From the NCBI GenBank assembly GCA_964649615.1, contig CAZYPW010000004.1:9153-73152 (forward strand): 64,000 nt of DNA. Reading direction: 5' to 3'. Shown here one piece after another: positions 1 to 9,794 of the stretch (the stretch's first letter is position 1; each line of letters starts with the position of its first letter). Position numbers and translations under genes: made by a program. Under the pieces are notes generated by a model. The model searched no databases. It was given only the letters and a program-made list of their open reading frames with translations, and was not told the origin of the DNA. The stretch is from an uncultured Gammaproteobacteria bacterium (lineage in GTDB: Bacteria > Patescibacteriota > Microgenomatia > Daviesbacterales > UBA10151).

Positions 1-2
1 TA

Positions 3-290
3 ACTCCTGCTTTTAAACAGAAGGTTAGAATTACCAGATCTGGCTGGGATCATTTAATAAACCCCTTCCATAAAAGAACTAAAGCAGAACAAGCCAGAAG
101 GTTTGAGATATTACCTCTAGCAAGAAAATTATTGGAAGAGGCCCAAACTTTTCAGGAGCATAGAAAAGATAATCTAGGACACTATTTTGCTTTTGTAGGA
201 TATTTGGGAGGAAGAAAAATTAAAGTTGTGGTTCGTTCAAAAACTTTTCATGGACAAAAGTATTTTTATTCAGTAATGATAGTTTTGTGA
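3..290 (+). CDS. partial CDS (C-terminal 95 codons; start lies upstream of window), hypothetical protein
   Basis: Open frame from window edge to TGA at 288-290 with no internal stops. Translation: ...ITRSGWDHLINPFHKRTKAEQARRFEILPLARKLLEEAQTFQEHRKDNLGHYFAFVGYLGGRKIKVVVRSKTFHGQKYFYSVMIVL. No family recognised. Absent from the ORF track because it has no in-window start. Confidence 0.3.
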   Translation, partial: TPAFKQKVRITRSGWDHLINPFHKRTKAEQARRFEILPLARKLLEEAQTFQEHRKDNLGHYFAFVGYLGGRKIKVVVRSKTFHGQKYFYSVMIVL

Positions 291-387
291 GGCGTCTTCC
301 ACTTTATGCAGATGCAATAATGGGGTCAGGGTCAAGCCCTTCGCCTCAACTATTATGATACTACTCCAAATTTCATAAATCAACTGT

Positions 388-440
388 CATTTTTACCCTC
401 TATACTTTATACATAATACTTGATACTAATTCCTCCCCAC
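388..440. repeat. copy of a ~45-nt repeat containing TATACTTTATAC and CTAATTCCT blocks
   Basis: accctctatactttatacataatacttgatactaattcct aligns with 33920-33960 (accctatactttatactttgctaaattcct). The TATACT hexamers resemble -10 boxes. Confidence 0.4.
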
Positions 441-489
441 CTCCAAAAACTCTGAATTTAAGCACTTTGGGAAATAGCCTTTATGAAGT

Positions 490-798
490 TCACTTATTAT
501 CCTGATACTTTCCGGTAATTGAGGGTCTAAAGTTTCTTAGAGCTTCTCTGTTCAAATCTACCAAACATAATTCATATAAATCAGTTTCAACATCAACTGC
601 CATTTGCCATATATCGCTTCCATAATCAGTGATATTTTCAGTTTTTGAAATTGTTCTCAAATAACTTTGGGCAAATTGCCTGCACAAATTTGTTTTGCTT
701 GGATATGCTCTTCCATTATCTTCAATGTCATCTTGGTAAGAATAATATGCAATAACTCCAATAAGAATTAATACAAAAATTACAAGCTTTTTATTCAC
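490..798 (-). CDS. hypothetical small secreted/membrane-anchored protein
   Basis: 102-aa ORF with an N-terminal hydrophobic stretch (KKLVIFVLILIGVIAYY) followed by an acidic region. No recognisable domain. Confidence 0.45.
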   Translation of the reverse strand: MNKKLVIFVLILIGVIAYYSYQDDIEDNGRAYPSKTNLCRQFAQSYLRTISKTENITDYGSDIWQMAVDVETDLYELCLVDLNREALRNFRPSITGKYQDNK

Positions 799-886
799 TT
801 ATTTAAGAATGCTTAAATTTATAAGATTTGTCAATAACTCTGTCTTTTGCTTTATTTTAAATTTTTTGTTATAATTTAGGTATAAA

Positions 887-1216
887 TTGATCATTCCCTA
901 TTTTTCAATTTTATTTATGGCACAAATAATACAAACAAATCCTAAGTTAGGCAAACCACTGGATGAAAAAAAGCTAGCTCTTTTAAAAGCCCAGGAGGCA
1001 AGAGATAAAATGTTTAAATTAGTAGTTAAAATAATTAGCTGGGAAACAGATTCATTAAACAGTATAGTGGTTAAATCTTTAGATAGGATCTCTCCCACTG
1101 AATGGTCAAATTATAAAAAATATACTCTAGGGATATCTGTCCAAAGTGTAGATAAGGTAAAGCAAAAATTAGCTGAAACTTATAAAAATATTAAAAGCCA
1201 TGGTGGTTTTAAATAA
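887..1216 (+). CDS. hypothetical protein
   Basis: 109-aa ORF starting with TTG. An internal ATG at 917 (MAQIIQTNPK...) is an alternative start. No recognisable domain. Confidence 0.35.
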   Translation: MIIPYFSILFMAQIIQTNPKLGKPLDEKKLALLKAQEARDKMFKLVVKIISWETDSLNSIVVKSLDRISPTEWSNYKKYTLGISVQSVDKVKQKLAETYKNIKSHGGFK

Positions 1217-1257
1217 AACATCTGTTATATATTCTTTTTAAAAAATTCTACAGTCTT

Positions 1258-2049
1258 TTGCATAGCTTGAGTAACAACATGTCCTACTTTAAAATCCCCA
1301 AGGTTCAATTGATCATCACTCTTTTATTAATTTATCTAACCTCTATCTTTAAGTTTCCTACCTCCACCTCTCTTTATCTTTTAATAGCTTGTGTAAGTTT
1401 GAATGTTTTTTTTGACCTGTTATTTACATATCTTAGAAAAAGAGTCTTCTTTACCCCTTATGCAGCTATTGCTTCAGGATTAATTATGGCTTTAATCATT
1501 AACCAATCAGCTAATTTGCTTCAAATTATAGCTGCAGCATTTTTTGCCATGGGACTCAAAAACTTTTTAAGGCCAGGAGGAAGGCATATTTTTAATCCTG
1601 TTGCCAGTGGGTTATTTTTAGCTGGGTTGATTTTTGGGGAATATATTGGCTGGTGGGGAGTTTCTTTTCAAACCTTTAGTCTGCAAAATATACTTTTCTT
1701 CTTAATCCTCATGCTGCCTGGTTTGGTTTCTATATTGAGGTTAAAAAAACACTATTCTTTTTTTTCCTACATTTTAATAAGCTCACTGGCCTCCCAATTG
1801 TTTTTCTCATCTGATCCATTTTCTACCCTCTTAAATCCCTCTATCCTGTTTTTTGCCTTGGTGATGTTGCCAGAACCAATGACCTCTCCTGTTAAACCCA
1901 TAAATCAAACACTCTATGGAGCAATTATTGCCCTTATCCCTTTCCTTTTTGCCCTGCCTTTGCTTAATCAAATCCAAAATTATCTTGCCTTTGATCCCCT
2001 GCTTTTTGCTTTGCTTTTAGCTAATTTAATGTTCTTTAGATATAGATAA
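1258..2049 (+). CDS. polytopic integral membrane protein, unknown function
   Basis: 263 aa, very hydrophobic with at least 7 predicted TM segments. Conserved-looking GGRHIFNPVASGLF motif. Family not confidently recognised. Confidence 0.5.
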   Translation: MHSLSNNMSYFKIPKVQLIITLLLIYLTSIFKFPTSTSLYLLIACVSLNVFFDLLFTYLRKRVFFTPYAAIASGLIMALIINQSANLLQIIAAAFFAMGLKNFLRPGGRHIFNPVASGLFLAGLIFGEYIGWWGVSFQTFSLQNILFFLILMLPGLVSILRLKKHYSFFSYILISSLASQLFFSSDPFSTLLNPSILFFALVMLPEPMTSPVKPINQTLYGAIIALIPFLFALPLLNQIQNYLAFDPLLFALLLANLMFFRYR

Positions 2050-2053
2050 ATAA

Positions 2054-2425
2054 ATGGCATATAACAAACTGACCCCTCAAGAAAAAGATATTATTGAAGG
2101 AAAAGGTACAGAGGCTCCTTTTACTGGAGAGTACGATGATTTTTATAAGGATGGGGTATTTATCTGTAAAAAATGTAATGCTCCCCTTTTTTCATCTGAG
2201 GCAAAATTTGATGCAGGTTGTGGCTGGCCTTCTTTTGATAGTGAATATCCTAATTCTTTAAAAAGACTGCCAGATCCAGATGAGAAAAGGACAGAAATTC
2301 AGTGTAATAATTGTGGAGCTCACTTAGGACATGAATTTTTAGGTGAACACTTAACAGATAAAAATGTCAGGCATTGTGTTAACTCCTTATCCATACATTT
2401 CATCCCTAAATCAAACACTCCTTAA
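2054..2425 (+). CDS. msrB: peptide-methionine (R)-S-oxide reductase MsrB
   Basis: Two CxxC zinc motifs (CKKCNAPLF ... CNNCGAHLGHEF), a GWPSF motif and the HLGHEF catalytic region typical of SelR/MsrB. About 123 aa. Confidence 0.9.
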   Translation: MAYNKLTPQEKDIIEGKGTEAPFTGEYDDFYKDGVFICKKCNAPLFSSEAKFDAGCGWPSFDSEYPNSLKRLPDPDEKRTEIQCNNCGAHLGHEFLGEHLTDKNVRHCVNSLSIHFIPKSNTP

Positions 2426-2428
2426 CTC

Positions 2429-2857
2429 TTATTCAACAATTAACATACCCTTCATGCCTGCAGCCCTGTGGCCTGGCACTCCACAGTAGAATTCAAACTC
2501 ACCTTTTTGATCTGCTACAAACTCCACAGTCTCTTCTTGTCCAGCATCAATCAGATTTGTTTTAATATTAAATTCATCAATCACAAAATTGTGGGTACCC
2601 ATGGTATTTTTGTACGTTACTCTGACAGTATCACCTTCCTTAACCCTTAATTCTGTAGGTTCAAATTTCAACCCTTTGCTGGTAACTGTTAGTTCAACTG
2701 TACCCATGGTGGATGACTGTGTGGCTGATGGTTCTTGAATCACCTCAGGTTCACCTGTTGGATTTGCTATTTGAGTTTGGGGTCTCATTAAAAGGAAATA
2801 TCCTCCTATTAAAACAGCCAATAAACCCACCACACCAACCATTATTTGTTTATTCAA
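2429..2857 (-). CDS. cupredoxin (plastocyanin/azurin-like type-1 blue copper protein), membrane anchored
   Basis: C-terminal YCGVPGHRAAGMKGMLIVE plus upstream HNFV give the His/Cys/His/Met type-1 Cu ligand pattern. N-terminal TM anchor. Probable TTG start at 2855-2857, preceded by a strong SD (aaggaggtga) on the minus strand. The ORF track extends to 2935. Confidence 0.75.
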   Translation of the reverse strand: MNKQIMVGVVGLLAVLIGGYFLLMRPQTQIANPTGEPEVIQEPSATQSSTMGTVELTVTSKGLKFEPTELRVKEGDTVRVTYKNTMGTHNFVIDEFNIKTNLIDAGQEETVEFVADQKGEFEFYCGVPGHRAAGMKGMLIVE

Positions 2858-2924
2858 AATCCTCACCTCCTTTTTTAAGTATACCATCTGTTTCCTATTA
2901 AAAAAAAGGGTTAAAATATTAAAG

Positions 2925-3419
2925 ATGAAGATCAATATTCATGAAGATTATTTAAGAAGCATCCTTTTTGGATTACAGGATGGCCTGGTCTCCACCACTG
3001 GAGTAGCAATAGGAATTACCACAGGCATACAAGATAAACCAATCATTATATTGGCCTCCTTGGTAGCAGTCACAGTTGAGGCTTCCTCCATGGCTGCAGG
3101 ATTATATTCCTCTGAAAAAGCAGTCCATCAGATGGATAAAACTGGAAAGCATACAGACAATCTGCTGCTGGGTGCAGTACTGATGTTTTTTTCTTATTTG
3201 ATAGCAGGTTTTATCCCCATTACTCCCATAATTTTGTTTGATTTATCCATTGCTCCTTCTATTAGCATATTTTTAGCTTTCCTGTCACTTTTTATTTTGG
3301 GGTATATCAAAGGAAAAATAGTTGACCATAAAGCCTTTAGGTCTGCCATAGAAATGTTTATCATTGGAGGCGTTGCTACAGCCTTAGGCATATTAGTGGG
3401 ATTTATTCTGAAAGTTTAA
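2925..3419 (+). CDS. VIT1/CCC1-family (DUF125) membrane protein, putative Fe/Mn transporter
   Basis: GLQDGLVSTTGVAIGI matches the G-x-x-DGLVST signature of the VIT family. C-terminal hydrophobic helices. Confidence 0.6.
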   Translation: MKINIHEDYLRSILFGLQDGLVSTTGVAIGITTGIQDKPIIILASLVAVTVEASSMAAGLYSSEKAVHQMDKTGKHTDNLLLGAVLMFFSYLIAGFIPITPIILFDLSIAPSISIFLAFLSLFILGYIKGKIVDHKAFRSAIEMFIIGGVATALGILVGFILKV

Positions 3420-3428
3420 CTATCTATC

Positions 3429-3457
3429 TTGACATAGCTTGATTTTTGGCTTACACT
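3429..3457 (+). promoter_or_regulatory. sigma70-like promoter candidate (TTGACA-17-TACACT)
   Basis: ttgaca (3429-3434), a 17-nt spacer, then tacact (3452-3457), just upstream of ORF 3471. Similar TATACT-like -10 hexamers occur upstream of dgkA (25951-25956) and recR (33688-33730). Confidence 0.3.
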
Positions 3458-3470
3458 ATTTATCTACCTT

Positions 3471-3713
3471 ATGAGGGAAAAACCATCTACTCCAGTAGAA
3501 CAAGAAACTTCTACAGATGATGAATCTTCTGGATCTTTATTAAGACAGCTCAGAGGAATATTTGGACTTTCTAAATTACCTCTTGTTTTAAGTTCCACTC
3601 CCAGAAGAAATTATGGTAGGCGTTCAAGAAGGAGAATCTCTTCTGCTATAGGACTCTTTAAAGGTATAAAAAAAACATCAAGTTTTTCATCTACTTCACA
3701 TACTTCCTATTAA
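3471..3713 (+). CDS. hypothetical small basic Ser/Arg-rich protein (doubtful)
   Basis: 80-aa low-complexity ORF. Only support is the ORF itself plus the upstream promoter-like sequence. Confidence 0.2.
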   Translation: MREKPSTPVEQETSTDDESSGSLLRQLRGIFGLSKLPLVLSSTPRRNYGRRSRRRISSAIGLFKGIKKTSSFSSTSHTSY

Positions 3714-3740
3714 AATTAATCAAAATGTTAAAATAAGCAT

Positions 3741-4850
3741 ATGTGGAAAGTAGGAATTGGAATATTAATCCTTTTTATTTTGGCAATTGGATTAACTATT
3801 TATAGAAGTAATCCTCCTCAGAAATCTCAGACTCCATTTTTTGTTCAACCTTCCGCTACCATTTCACCTTCCCCAAGTGTAGAAACACCAAAGATAGAAG
3901 TGATTGCCCAAAATTTAGAAGTGCCATGGGCCCTTAGCTTTTTGCCAGATAATTCTATTTTAGTTACAGAAAGAAAAGGCACAGTTAAATTAGTAAAAAA
4001 TGGTGCAGTCTCAGAAATTGCTTTGGATATTAAAGTTAGGCAAACTGGAGAATCAGGGCTGCATGGAATTGCTGTGGACCCAAAGTACCCTCAAGAACCT
4101 TTTGTTTATCTCTACTATACATACTCTGCAGATTCTGATAACACTTTAAATAAAGTTTCCAAATTTACTTTTGAAGGTCCGCCAGCTGGTAGATTAAAAA
4201 ATGAGCAAGTTTTAGTTGATAAAATCCCAGGAGCGCTTTTTCATGATGGAGGAAGAATAAAATTTGGTCCCGCTTCGCGAGGCGAGCCAGATGGCGCACT
4301 TTTTGTAACCACAGGTGATGCAGCCAATCCATCTTTATCTCAAGATAAAAACTCGCTTGCTGGAAAAATCTTAAGAATTGTTAACTCTAAAGTTGAGATC
4401 TATTCCTATGGGCACAGAAATCCACAAGGCATTGCTTGGGATAATGAAGGCAAACTTTGGGAGACTGAACATGGTCAATCTGCCACAGATGAAGTTAATT
4501 TAATAGAAGAAGGCAAAAATTATGGTTGGCCGACAATTCGCGGAGATCAAACTAAAGATGGGATGGTTAGTCCAAGGCTTCACAGTGGTACAAATACCTG
4601 GGCTCCGGCCGGGATGGCTTTTTTCAATGGGTCTATTTATTATGGTGGATTACGTGGCCAGGCACTTTTCCAGCTGAAATTAGATAATATGGAATTAATA
4701 GAACACTTTAAAGGAGAGTTCGGCAAAATTCGGGATGTAATTTTAGGTCCGGATCAGATGCTTTATATTACCACTTCCAACAGAGATGGGAGAGGTAATC
4801 CTTTAGTGGAAGATGACCGAATAATTAAAGTTAACCCAGAAAAACTTTAA
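3741..4850 (+). CDS. PQQ-dependent soluble glucose/sorbosone dehydrogenase family beta-propeller protein, N-terminally anchored
   Basis: LEVPWALSFLPDNSILVTERKGTV and GGRIKFGP...DG.LFVTTGD are typical of sGDH/GSDH (PF07995). N-terminal TM segment. Confidence 0.75.
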   Translation: MWKVGIGILILFILAIGLTIYRSNPPQKSQTPFFVQPSATISPSPSVETPKIEVIAQNLEVPWALSFLPDNSILVTERKGTVKLVKNGAVSEIALDIKVRQTGESGLHGIAVDPKYPQEPFVYLYYTYSADSDNTLNKVSKFTFEGPPAGRLKNEQVLVDKIPGALFHDGGRIKFGPASRGEPDGALFVTTGDAANPSLSQDKNSLAGKILRIVNSKVEIYSYGHRNPQGIAWDNEGKLWETEHGQSATDEVNLIEEGKNYGWPTIRGDQTKDGMVSPRLHSGTNTWAPAGMAFFNGSIYYGGLRGQALFQLKLDNMELIEHFKGEFGKIRDVILGPDQMLYITTSNRDGRGNPLVEDDRIIKVNPEKL

Positions 4851-4875
4851 TCCTTTAAGGCTAATATGGTATATT

Positions 4876-5985
4876 ATGAAGATGAACAAGCCCAAGATAA
4901 CTTACTCTCAAGTTGGCGATGATTATTCCACCAAAGACCCAGTTAAAGTACTCGCTCAAACTGCTGCTTCACAAACTGCTAAAAATTTAACAAATCAGTT
5001 CCAAGAAATATCAGAATCCAGAGGAGAATCCGCCTATGTCTGGAAACAGGATGATATCCTGATGGCTTCAGTGATAGAAGGTTTGGGAACAAAGAGTTTA
5101 GTGGCTGATGAAACAAGAAAAATCACAGGTAAAACTTACTACGATATTGTTGCTCATGACACCATTGCCTACATTATTAATGATCTTGTTTCTGTTGGGG
5201 CAAAGCCTTTAGTTATTCATGCTTACTGGGCAATTGAAGATAACTCCTGGTTAGAAGATAAGCAACGCATGGAAGATCTAATTACAGGATGGAAAAATGC
5301 CTGTGATTTATCAGGAGCTGCTTGGGGTGGTGGTGAAACTGCCACAGATAAAGGAATTATTGAAAAAGGTACCATAGATTTAGCGGGATCAGCAGTAGGA
5401 ATTATTGGACCAGCGGAAAGATTTATTAATAGTAAAAAATTAACAGTTGGTGATAGGATAATACTTATAAAAAGTACCGGAATTAACGCCAGTGGCATAT
5501 CTCTTGCCAGAGCAATTGCTAAACGTGTACCCGAAGGTTATGGAACAAAACTTTCTGATGGCACAATTTTTGGTGAGGCAATTCTAATCAAATGTAATAT
5601 TTATGCAAAATTAACTCAAGATCTTTTGGATCAGGGTATAGATATTCATTATATGAATTATATTTCCGGACATGGTTTAAGAAAAATTATGAGAGCAAAA
5701 AGAGATTTTACTTACATGGTTGAAAATATTTTTGAACCACAGGAAATTTTTAAATTTATTCAGCAACATGCAGGGATTGATGATTATGAAATGTATCAAA
5801 CTTATAATATGGGACAGGATTGTGTTATTTTCTTAACTAAAGAAGATGTGGAAAAAGCCTTAGAAATAATAAAAGAAAATGGATTTGAGGGAATGGATGC
5901 AGGATATATTGAGGCAGGTGAAAGAAAAGTTTTAATAAAGCCCAAAAATATCATCTTTGGAGGAGAGACTTTGGATCTTCGTTAA
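4876..5985 (+). CDS. purM: phosphoribosylformylglycinamidine cyclo-ligase (AIR synthetase) PurM
   Basis: GLGTK motif (VIEGLGTKSLVA) and the AHDTIAYIINDLVSVGAKPL region of the PurM/AIRS fold. Sits in the purine cluster. 3' end overlaps the convergent prs. Confidence 0.7.
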   Translation: MKMNKPKITYSQVGDDYSTKDPVKVLAQTAASQTAKNLTNQFQEISESRGESAYVWKQDDILMASVIEGLGTKSLVADETRKITGKTYYDIVAHDTIAYIINDLVSVGAKPLVIHAYWAIEDNSWLEDKQRMEDLITGWKNACDLSGAAWGGGETATDKGIIEKGTIDLAGSAVGIIGPAERFINSKKLTVGDRIILIKSTGINASGISLARAIAKRVPEGYGTKLSDGTIFGEAILIKCNIYAKLTQDLLDQGIDIHYMNYISGHGLRKIMRAKRDFTYMVENIFEPQEIFKFIQQHAGIDDYEMYQTYNMGQDCVIFLTKEDVEKALEIIKENGFEGMDAGYIEAGERKVLIKPKNIIFGGETLDLR

Positions 5986-6968
5986 CCTCGCTCTTCATAC
6001 GTTCTGTGGGCCTTGGGAATCAGTTTTTCACTCATTGAATCGCCGCTATAGATACACTTAATTGCTTCTGCGAGTAGCGGCGCCACAGAAACAATTGTAA
6101 TTTTTGCATTATTTCTCATCTCATTTCTGACAGGCACGGTATCCGTAATAAAAATTCTCTCAAAATTTGCCTCTTTAATTCTTTTGACGGCAGGATCTGA
6201 AAAAAGTCCATGAGTTGCAACAGCTGATACAGTTTTTGCCCCTCTAGCTTTTATTAATCTTGCCGCCTCACAAATTGTCCCGGCAGTATCGATCATATCA
6301 TCAACAATTAATACATCCTTATTCTCAACTTCTCCAATCAAATCCAAAGCCTTAGATTCGTTTGGCTTTTGAGGGTTCCTTTCTTTATAAACTATTGCTA
6401 TGCCGTCAGCATTTAATAAATCTGCATAAAATGTGGCCTTTAAAACTCCACCTTTATCTGGTGAGGCAACTATCAAATTTTTGGGGAAAGTTTTTTGCAA
6501 AACCGGCAAAAAAGAGTAAGAGGCATATAAATTATCCCAAGGGATCTCTACAAATCCGGGTTCCTGTTCGCTGTGAATATCCACAGTCACAATCCTGTCT
6601 GCCCCGGCATATTCAATAAGCCTAGCAACAATCGAGGCACTGATAGGCACTCTTGGCCGATCTTTCCTGTCCTGTCTGGAATATCCGAAATAAGGAATAA
6701 TTGCAGAAACCTCAGTTGCAGAAGACCTTTTGGCAGCATCAATAATTAAAAAAAGTTCCATAATATTGTCGCTGACAGGAGGGCAGGTTGGCTGGATTAT
6801 GAAAACGTCCCGTTTTCTTAAATTTTCAGGAATAATAACTCGTTTTTCACCATCTGCAAAAGTAGAAATAGTCTCATCCACATTTTTCCCCAAAATTTGG
6901 CCAATTCTCTGCGCTAGCTTTAAATTAGCTGTTCCTGTTAATAAAACAAAACCATTATCATTGGCCAT
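5982..6968 (-). CDS. prs: ribose-phosphate pyrophosphokinase
   Basis: N-terminal RIGQILG region, PRPP-binding DMIDTAGT loop and C-terminal GAKTVSAVATHGLFS characteristic of Prs. Confidence 0.9.
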   Translation of the reverse strand: MANDNGFVLLTGTANLKLAQRIGQILGKNVDETISTFADGEKRVIIPENLRKRDVFIIQPTCPPVSDNIMELFLIIDAAKRSSATEVSAIIPYFGYSRQDRKDRPRVPISASIVARLIEYAGADRIVTVDIHSEQEPGFVEIPWDNLYASYSFLPVLQKTFPKNLIVASPDKGGVLKATFYADLLNADGIAIVYKERNPQKPNESKALDLIGEVENKDVLIVDDMIDTAGTICEAARLIKARGAKTVSAVATHGLFSDPAVKRIKEANFERIFITDTVPVRNEMRNNAKITIVSVAPLLAEAIKCIYSGDSMSEKLIPKAHRTYEERG

Positions 6969-6983
6969 AAAAGTTATACTTAA

Positions 6984-7919
6984 TTATACAATATTTTTTA
7001 GATTTTCTTTAATTCTTTTTTCTATTGGATATTCTCCTGCTTGGAATTTTTTACCAGTGATTTTTTCATAAATTGTGATATACCTTTCCGAAACTGCTTT
7101 TTGTAAGCTACTTGGCATTTTAGGAAGCCTGCCATCACCTTTATATCCGCGCCTGGCGTACCAAAGCCTTAAAAATTCTTTATCAAAATTTTCAGGTTCT
7201 AGTCCCTTTTTAAACCTATCTTGATATGTTCTTTTGACCCAAAATCTGGAAGAATCCGGAGTATGAATTTCATCAATTAAAATTAATTTTCCCTTATTAT
7301 CTAAGCCAAATTCATATTTAGTATCAACTAAAATAATTCCGGCTTTTTTACAAATTTTAGTCCCTCTTTCAAATAATCCTAGTGCAGCTAGCTTCATTTG
7401 TTTCCATATTTTTGGGGAAACAACCCGTTTTTGCAGAATATCTTCTTCCGTTAATCTTTGGTCATGGCCTGATTCTGCTTTGGTGGTTGGAGTTATGACC
7501 GGTTTTGAAAGTTTCTGGTTTTTTTGTAATCCTTGCGGAAATTTTATGCCGTAAATTACTCTTTCTCCTGCCTGATAAGACCCCCAAATAGAAGTATTGG
7601 TAATACCTGAAATATAACCCCTAACCACCATTTCTATGGGAATAGGAGTAGCATTTTTACCAATAGTCACATTTGGATCAGGGACTGAAATCATATGGTT
7701 AGGAATTATATCTTTTGTCTTTTCAAACCAAAATTGAGCCAATAAATTTAATACTGCACCTTTGTACGGGATATGCCCTAAGATAACATCAAATGCAGAG
7801 ATTCTGTCTGTAGTAATTAAAATTCTTCTTTGACCTTCAACAATATAGAAGTCCCTGACTTTACCGCTATGTTTTTCACCAAAACCTTTTAAATTTACAG
7901 TTTTTAATATCCTGCTCAT
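6984..7919 (-). CDS. purC: SAICAR synthetase PurC (long form)
   Basis: ILITTDRISAFD and GKVRDFY motifs. Length ~311 aa. Confidence 0.9.
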   Translation of the reverse strand: MSRILKTVNLKGFGEKHSGKVRDFYIVEGQRRILITTDRISAFDVILGHIPYKGAVLNLLAQFWFEKTKDIIPNHMISVPDPNVTIGKNATPIPIEMVVRGYISGITNTSIWGSYQAGERVIYGIKFPQGLQKNQKLSKPVITPTTKAESGHDQRLTEEDILQKRVVSPKIWKQMKLAALGLFERGTKICKKAGIILVDTKYEFGLDNKGKLILIDEIHTPDSSRFWVKRTYQDRFKKGLEPENFDKEFLRLWYARRGYKGDGRLPKMPSSLQKAVSERYITIYEKITGKKFQAGEYPIEKRIKENLKNIV

Positions 7920-7921
7920 TT

Positions 7922-8404
7922 CTACTCTTTTAATTTAGCTGCCTTTTCCTCAACACCTAAAGCCAGTTTATTTTTGTATTCTATTAATTTTTTCTCAAGT
8001 TCTTTATCTGAAGTTGCCAAAATTTGTACTGCTAGAAGCCCTGCGTTTTTAGCATTGTTTATCCCAACTGTGGCAACAGGAACTCCGGGGGGCATCTGCA
8101 AAGTTGCTAAAAAAGCATCTATCCCGTTTATCGGACCACTCTTTAAGGGAATCCCAATTACAGGAAATGGGAAGTGCGCGGCAACTATACCAGCTAAATG
8201 TGCAGCCAGTCCTGCTCCGCAAATTATTACTTTTACTCCATCTGCTTTGGCTTTCTCCACCAATTCTTTAGTTCTTTCAGGAGACCTATGTGCAGAGGAA
8301 ATCGTTAACTCATATTCCACTCCAAATTCTTCCAAAATTTTTCCAGCCTCCTTCATGGTGCCTAAATCAGAGTCAGATGCAGATATAATGAGTACTTTTT
8401 TCAT
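7922..8404 (-). CDS. purE: phosphoribosylaminoimidazole carboxylase catalytic subunit / N5-CAIR mutase PurE
   Basis: MKKVLIISASDSDL...SSAHRSPERT...IICGAGLAAHLAG typical of PurE. No purK is present in the window, so it may be a class II enzyme (inference). Confidence 0.9.
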   Translation of the reverse strand: MKKVLIISASDSDLGTMKEAGKILEEFGVEYELTISSAHRSPERTKELVEKAKADGVKVIICGAGLAAHLAGIVAAHFPFPVIGIPLKSGPINGIDAFLATLQMPPGVPVATVGINNAKNAGLLAVQILATSDKELEKKLIEYKNKLALGVEEKAAKLKE

Positions 8405-9792
8405 GAATATTTTAAACTAGCAATTTTTTGTGCAATTGTCAAAGACTTATTTTTGGCAGTACCTGTATGATTTTTTACATCAAGCAAATCCAGAATATCT
8501 GCGCTTTTTAAATATTTTCCGATTTCCGGATTGCTCTCTAACAAATCTTCCATCTGGTTCACTTCTCCATTTTGAATAACCTCCCATGCTTTCATAGAGA
8601 TTTCTCTTAAAACTTCATGCATTTTTTGCCTGTTGGCACCTTTTTTAACAGCCTCAACAATAATTACCTCTGTTACAGAAAAAGGCCAATATGTTAATAA
8701 GTTTTTCGTTATTCGTTTATCGTTTATCGTTAATCCATCAATAATATTATTTGCAGATATTAACATTTCATCTATGCTTAAAAACATCTCAGGGATAGCA
8801 ACCCTTCTATTGGCAGAATCATCCAGAGTCCGCTCAAGTAACATGTGTGAAGCATTATCCCAGGACGTTCTGGATAAACTAACAACCAGTCTTGCAAGCG
8901 AGCAGATCTGTTCGGATTTAACAGGATTTTTCTTAAAAGGCATGGCAGATGAACCAACTTGTTTATCCCCAAATGGCTCCTGCCATTCTCCAAAATTTGC
9001 CGACTGCATAATACGCAAATCAAAAGCAAACTTATTCAAACTTTGCGCAATTGATGCAAGTAAATTCCCCAACCAAACCTCTATTTTTCTGGGAGATGTT
9101 TGATTTGTGATTTCATATGCTTCTATCCCCAGTTGCTCTAATACATTAACTTCCATCTCTTCGGCTTTTTTCTCATCCAGCAATTTTATATAACTTGCGG
9201 ATGTTCCCACCGCCCCTTTCATACCTTTGCCCTTTAAATTCTTTTTAACAAATTGTAAAAGTTCTAAGTCCATTAAAAGATCTTGCGCATAAAACGCAAA
9301 TCTATAACCTAACGTTGTAGGTTCTGCCGGTTGCAAGTGGGTATACCCCATACAAACAAAGCCAGCATATTGTTCAATTTTTTTGCCAAAACTTTTCAGC
9401 AGTTTAATTAATCCGTTTTCTATAATACTCAACGCTTCAGAAATTCTGATAGTTTCACCATTATCAGAAATATCCATTGAAGTAGCACCAAGGTGAATTT
9501 TTCCTCCCCCAATCTTTGCCTTTTCTGCAAACTCTTTGATAGCTGCAACAACATCATGCCTTACGTCTTTTTCAATTTCCCAAATTCTTTCTATATTCAA
9601 ATTATCCTGATGATTTTCTAAATCTTCCAGTTCTTCTTTAGATACCAAACCTTCTTCACTTTGAGCCCTTGCTAACTCTACCCAAACCTTTCTCCAGATT
9701 TTGTATTTATTTTCTTCAGACCAAATTTTCCTCATTTCGCCTGAGCCATACCTCCAGGAAAATACTGATGTATAATTTTTAAAATCTTTCAT
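8401..9792 (-). CDS. purB: adenylosuccinate lyase PurB
   Basis: Fumarate-lyase signature GSSAMPFKKNP and HLGATSMDI. Confidence 0.9.
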   Translation of the reverse strand: MKDFKNYTSVFSWRYGSGEMRKIWSEENKYKIWRKVWVELARAQSEEGLVSKEELEDLENHQDNLNIERIWEIEKDVRHDVVAAIKEFAEKAKIGGGKIHLGATSMDISDNGETIRISEALSIIENGLIKLLKSFGKKIEQYAGFVCMGYTHLQPAEPTTLGYRFAFYAQDLLMDLELLQFVKKNLKGKGMKGAVGTSASYIKLLDEKKAEEMEVNVLEQLGIEAYEITNQTSPRKIEVWLGNLLASIAQSLNKFAFDLRIMQSANFGEWQEPFGDKQVGSSAMPFKKNPVKSEQICSLARLVVSLSRTSWDNASHMLLERTLDDSANRRVAIPEMFLSIDEMLISANNIIDGLTINDKRITKNLLTYWPFSVTEVIIVEAVKKGANRQKMHEVLREISMKAWEVIQNGEVNQMEDLLESNPEIGKYLKSADILDLLDVKNHTGTAKNKSLTIAQKIASLKYS

Positions 9793-9794
9793 AA

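Noticed and set aside
1258-2049. Assignment of the 263-aa polytopic membrane protein to the RnfD/NqrB family.
   Set aside because: Only a vague resemblance (FNPVA-like motif). The FMN-binding Thr/Ser signature is not evident. Left as unknown membrane protein.
5223-5498. 91-aa minus-strand ORF inside purM. The same applies to many other antisense or overlapping ORFs in the track, for example 6362-6619, 8633-9103, 10655-10891, 18873-19316, 20774-21253, 24550-24960, 27074-27892, 42828-43126 and 51211-51633.
   Set aside because: Fully embedded antisense or out of frame within well-supported conserved genes, low-complexity translations, no motifs. Treated as spurious shadow ORFs.
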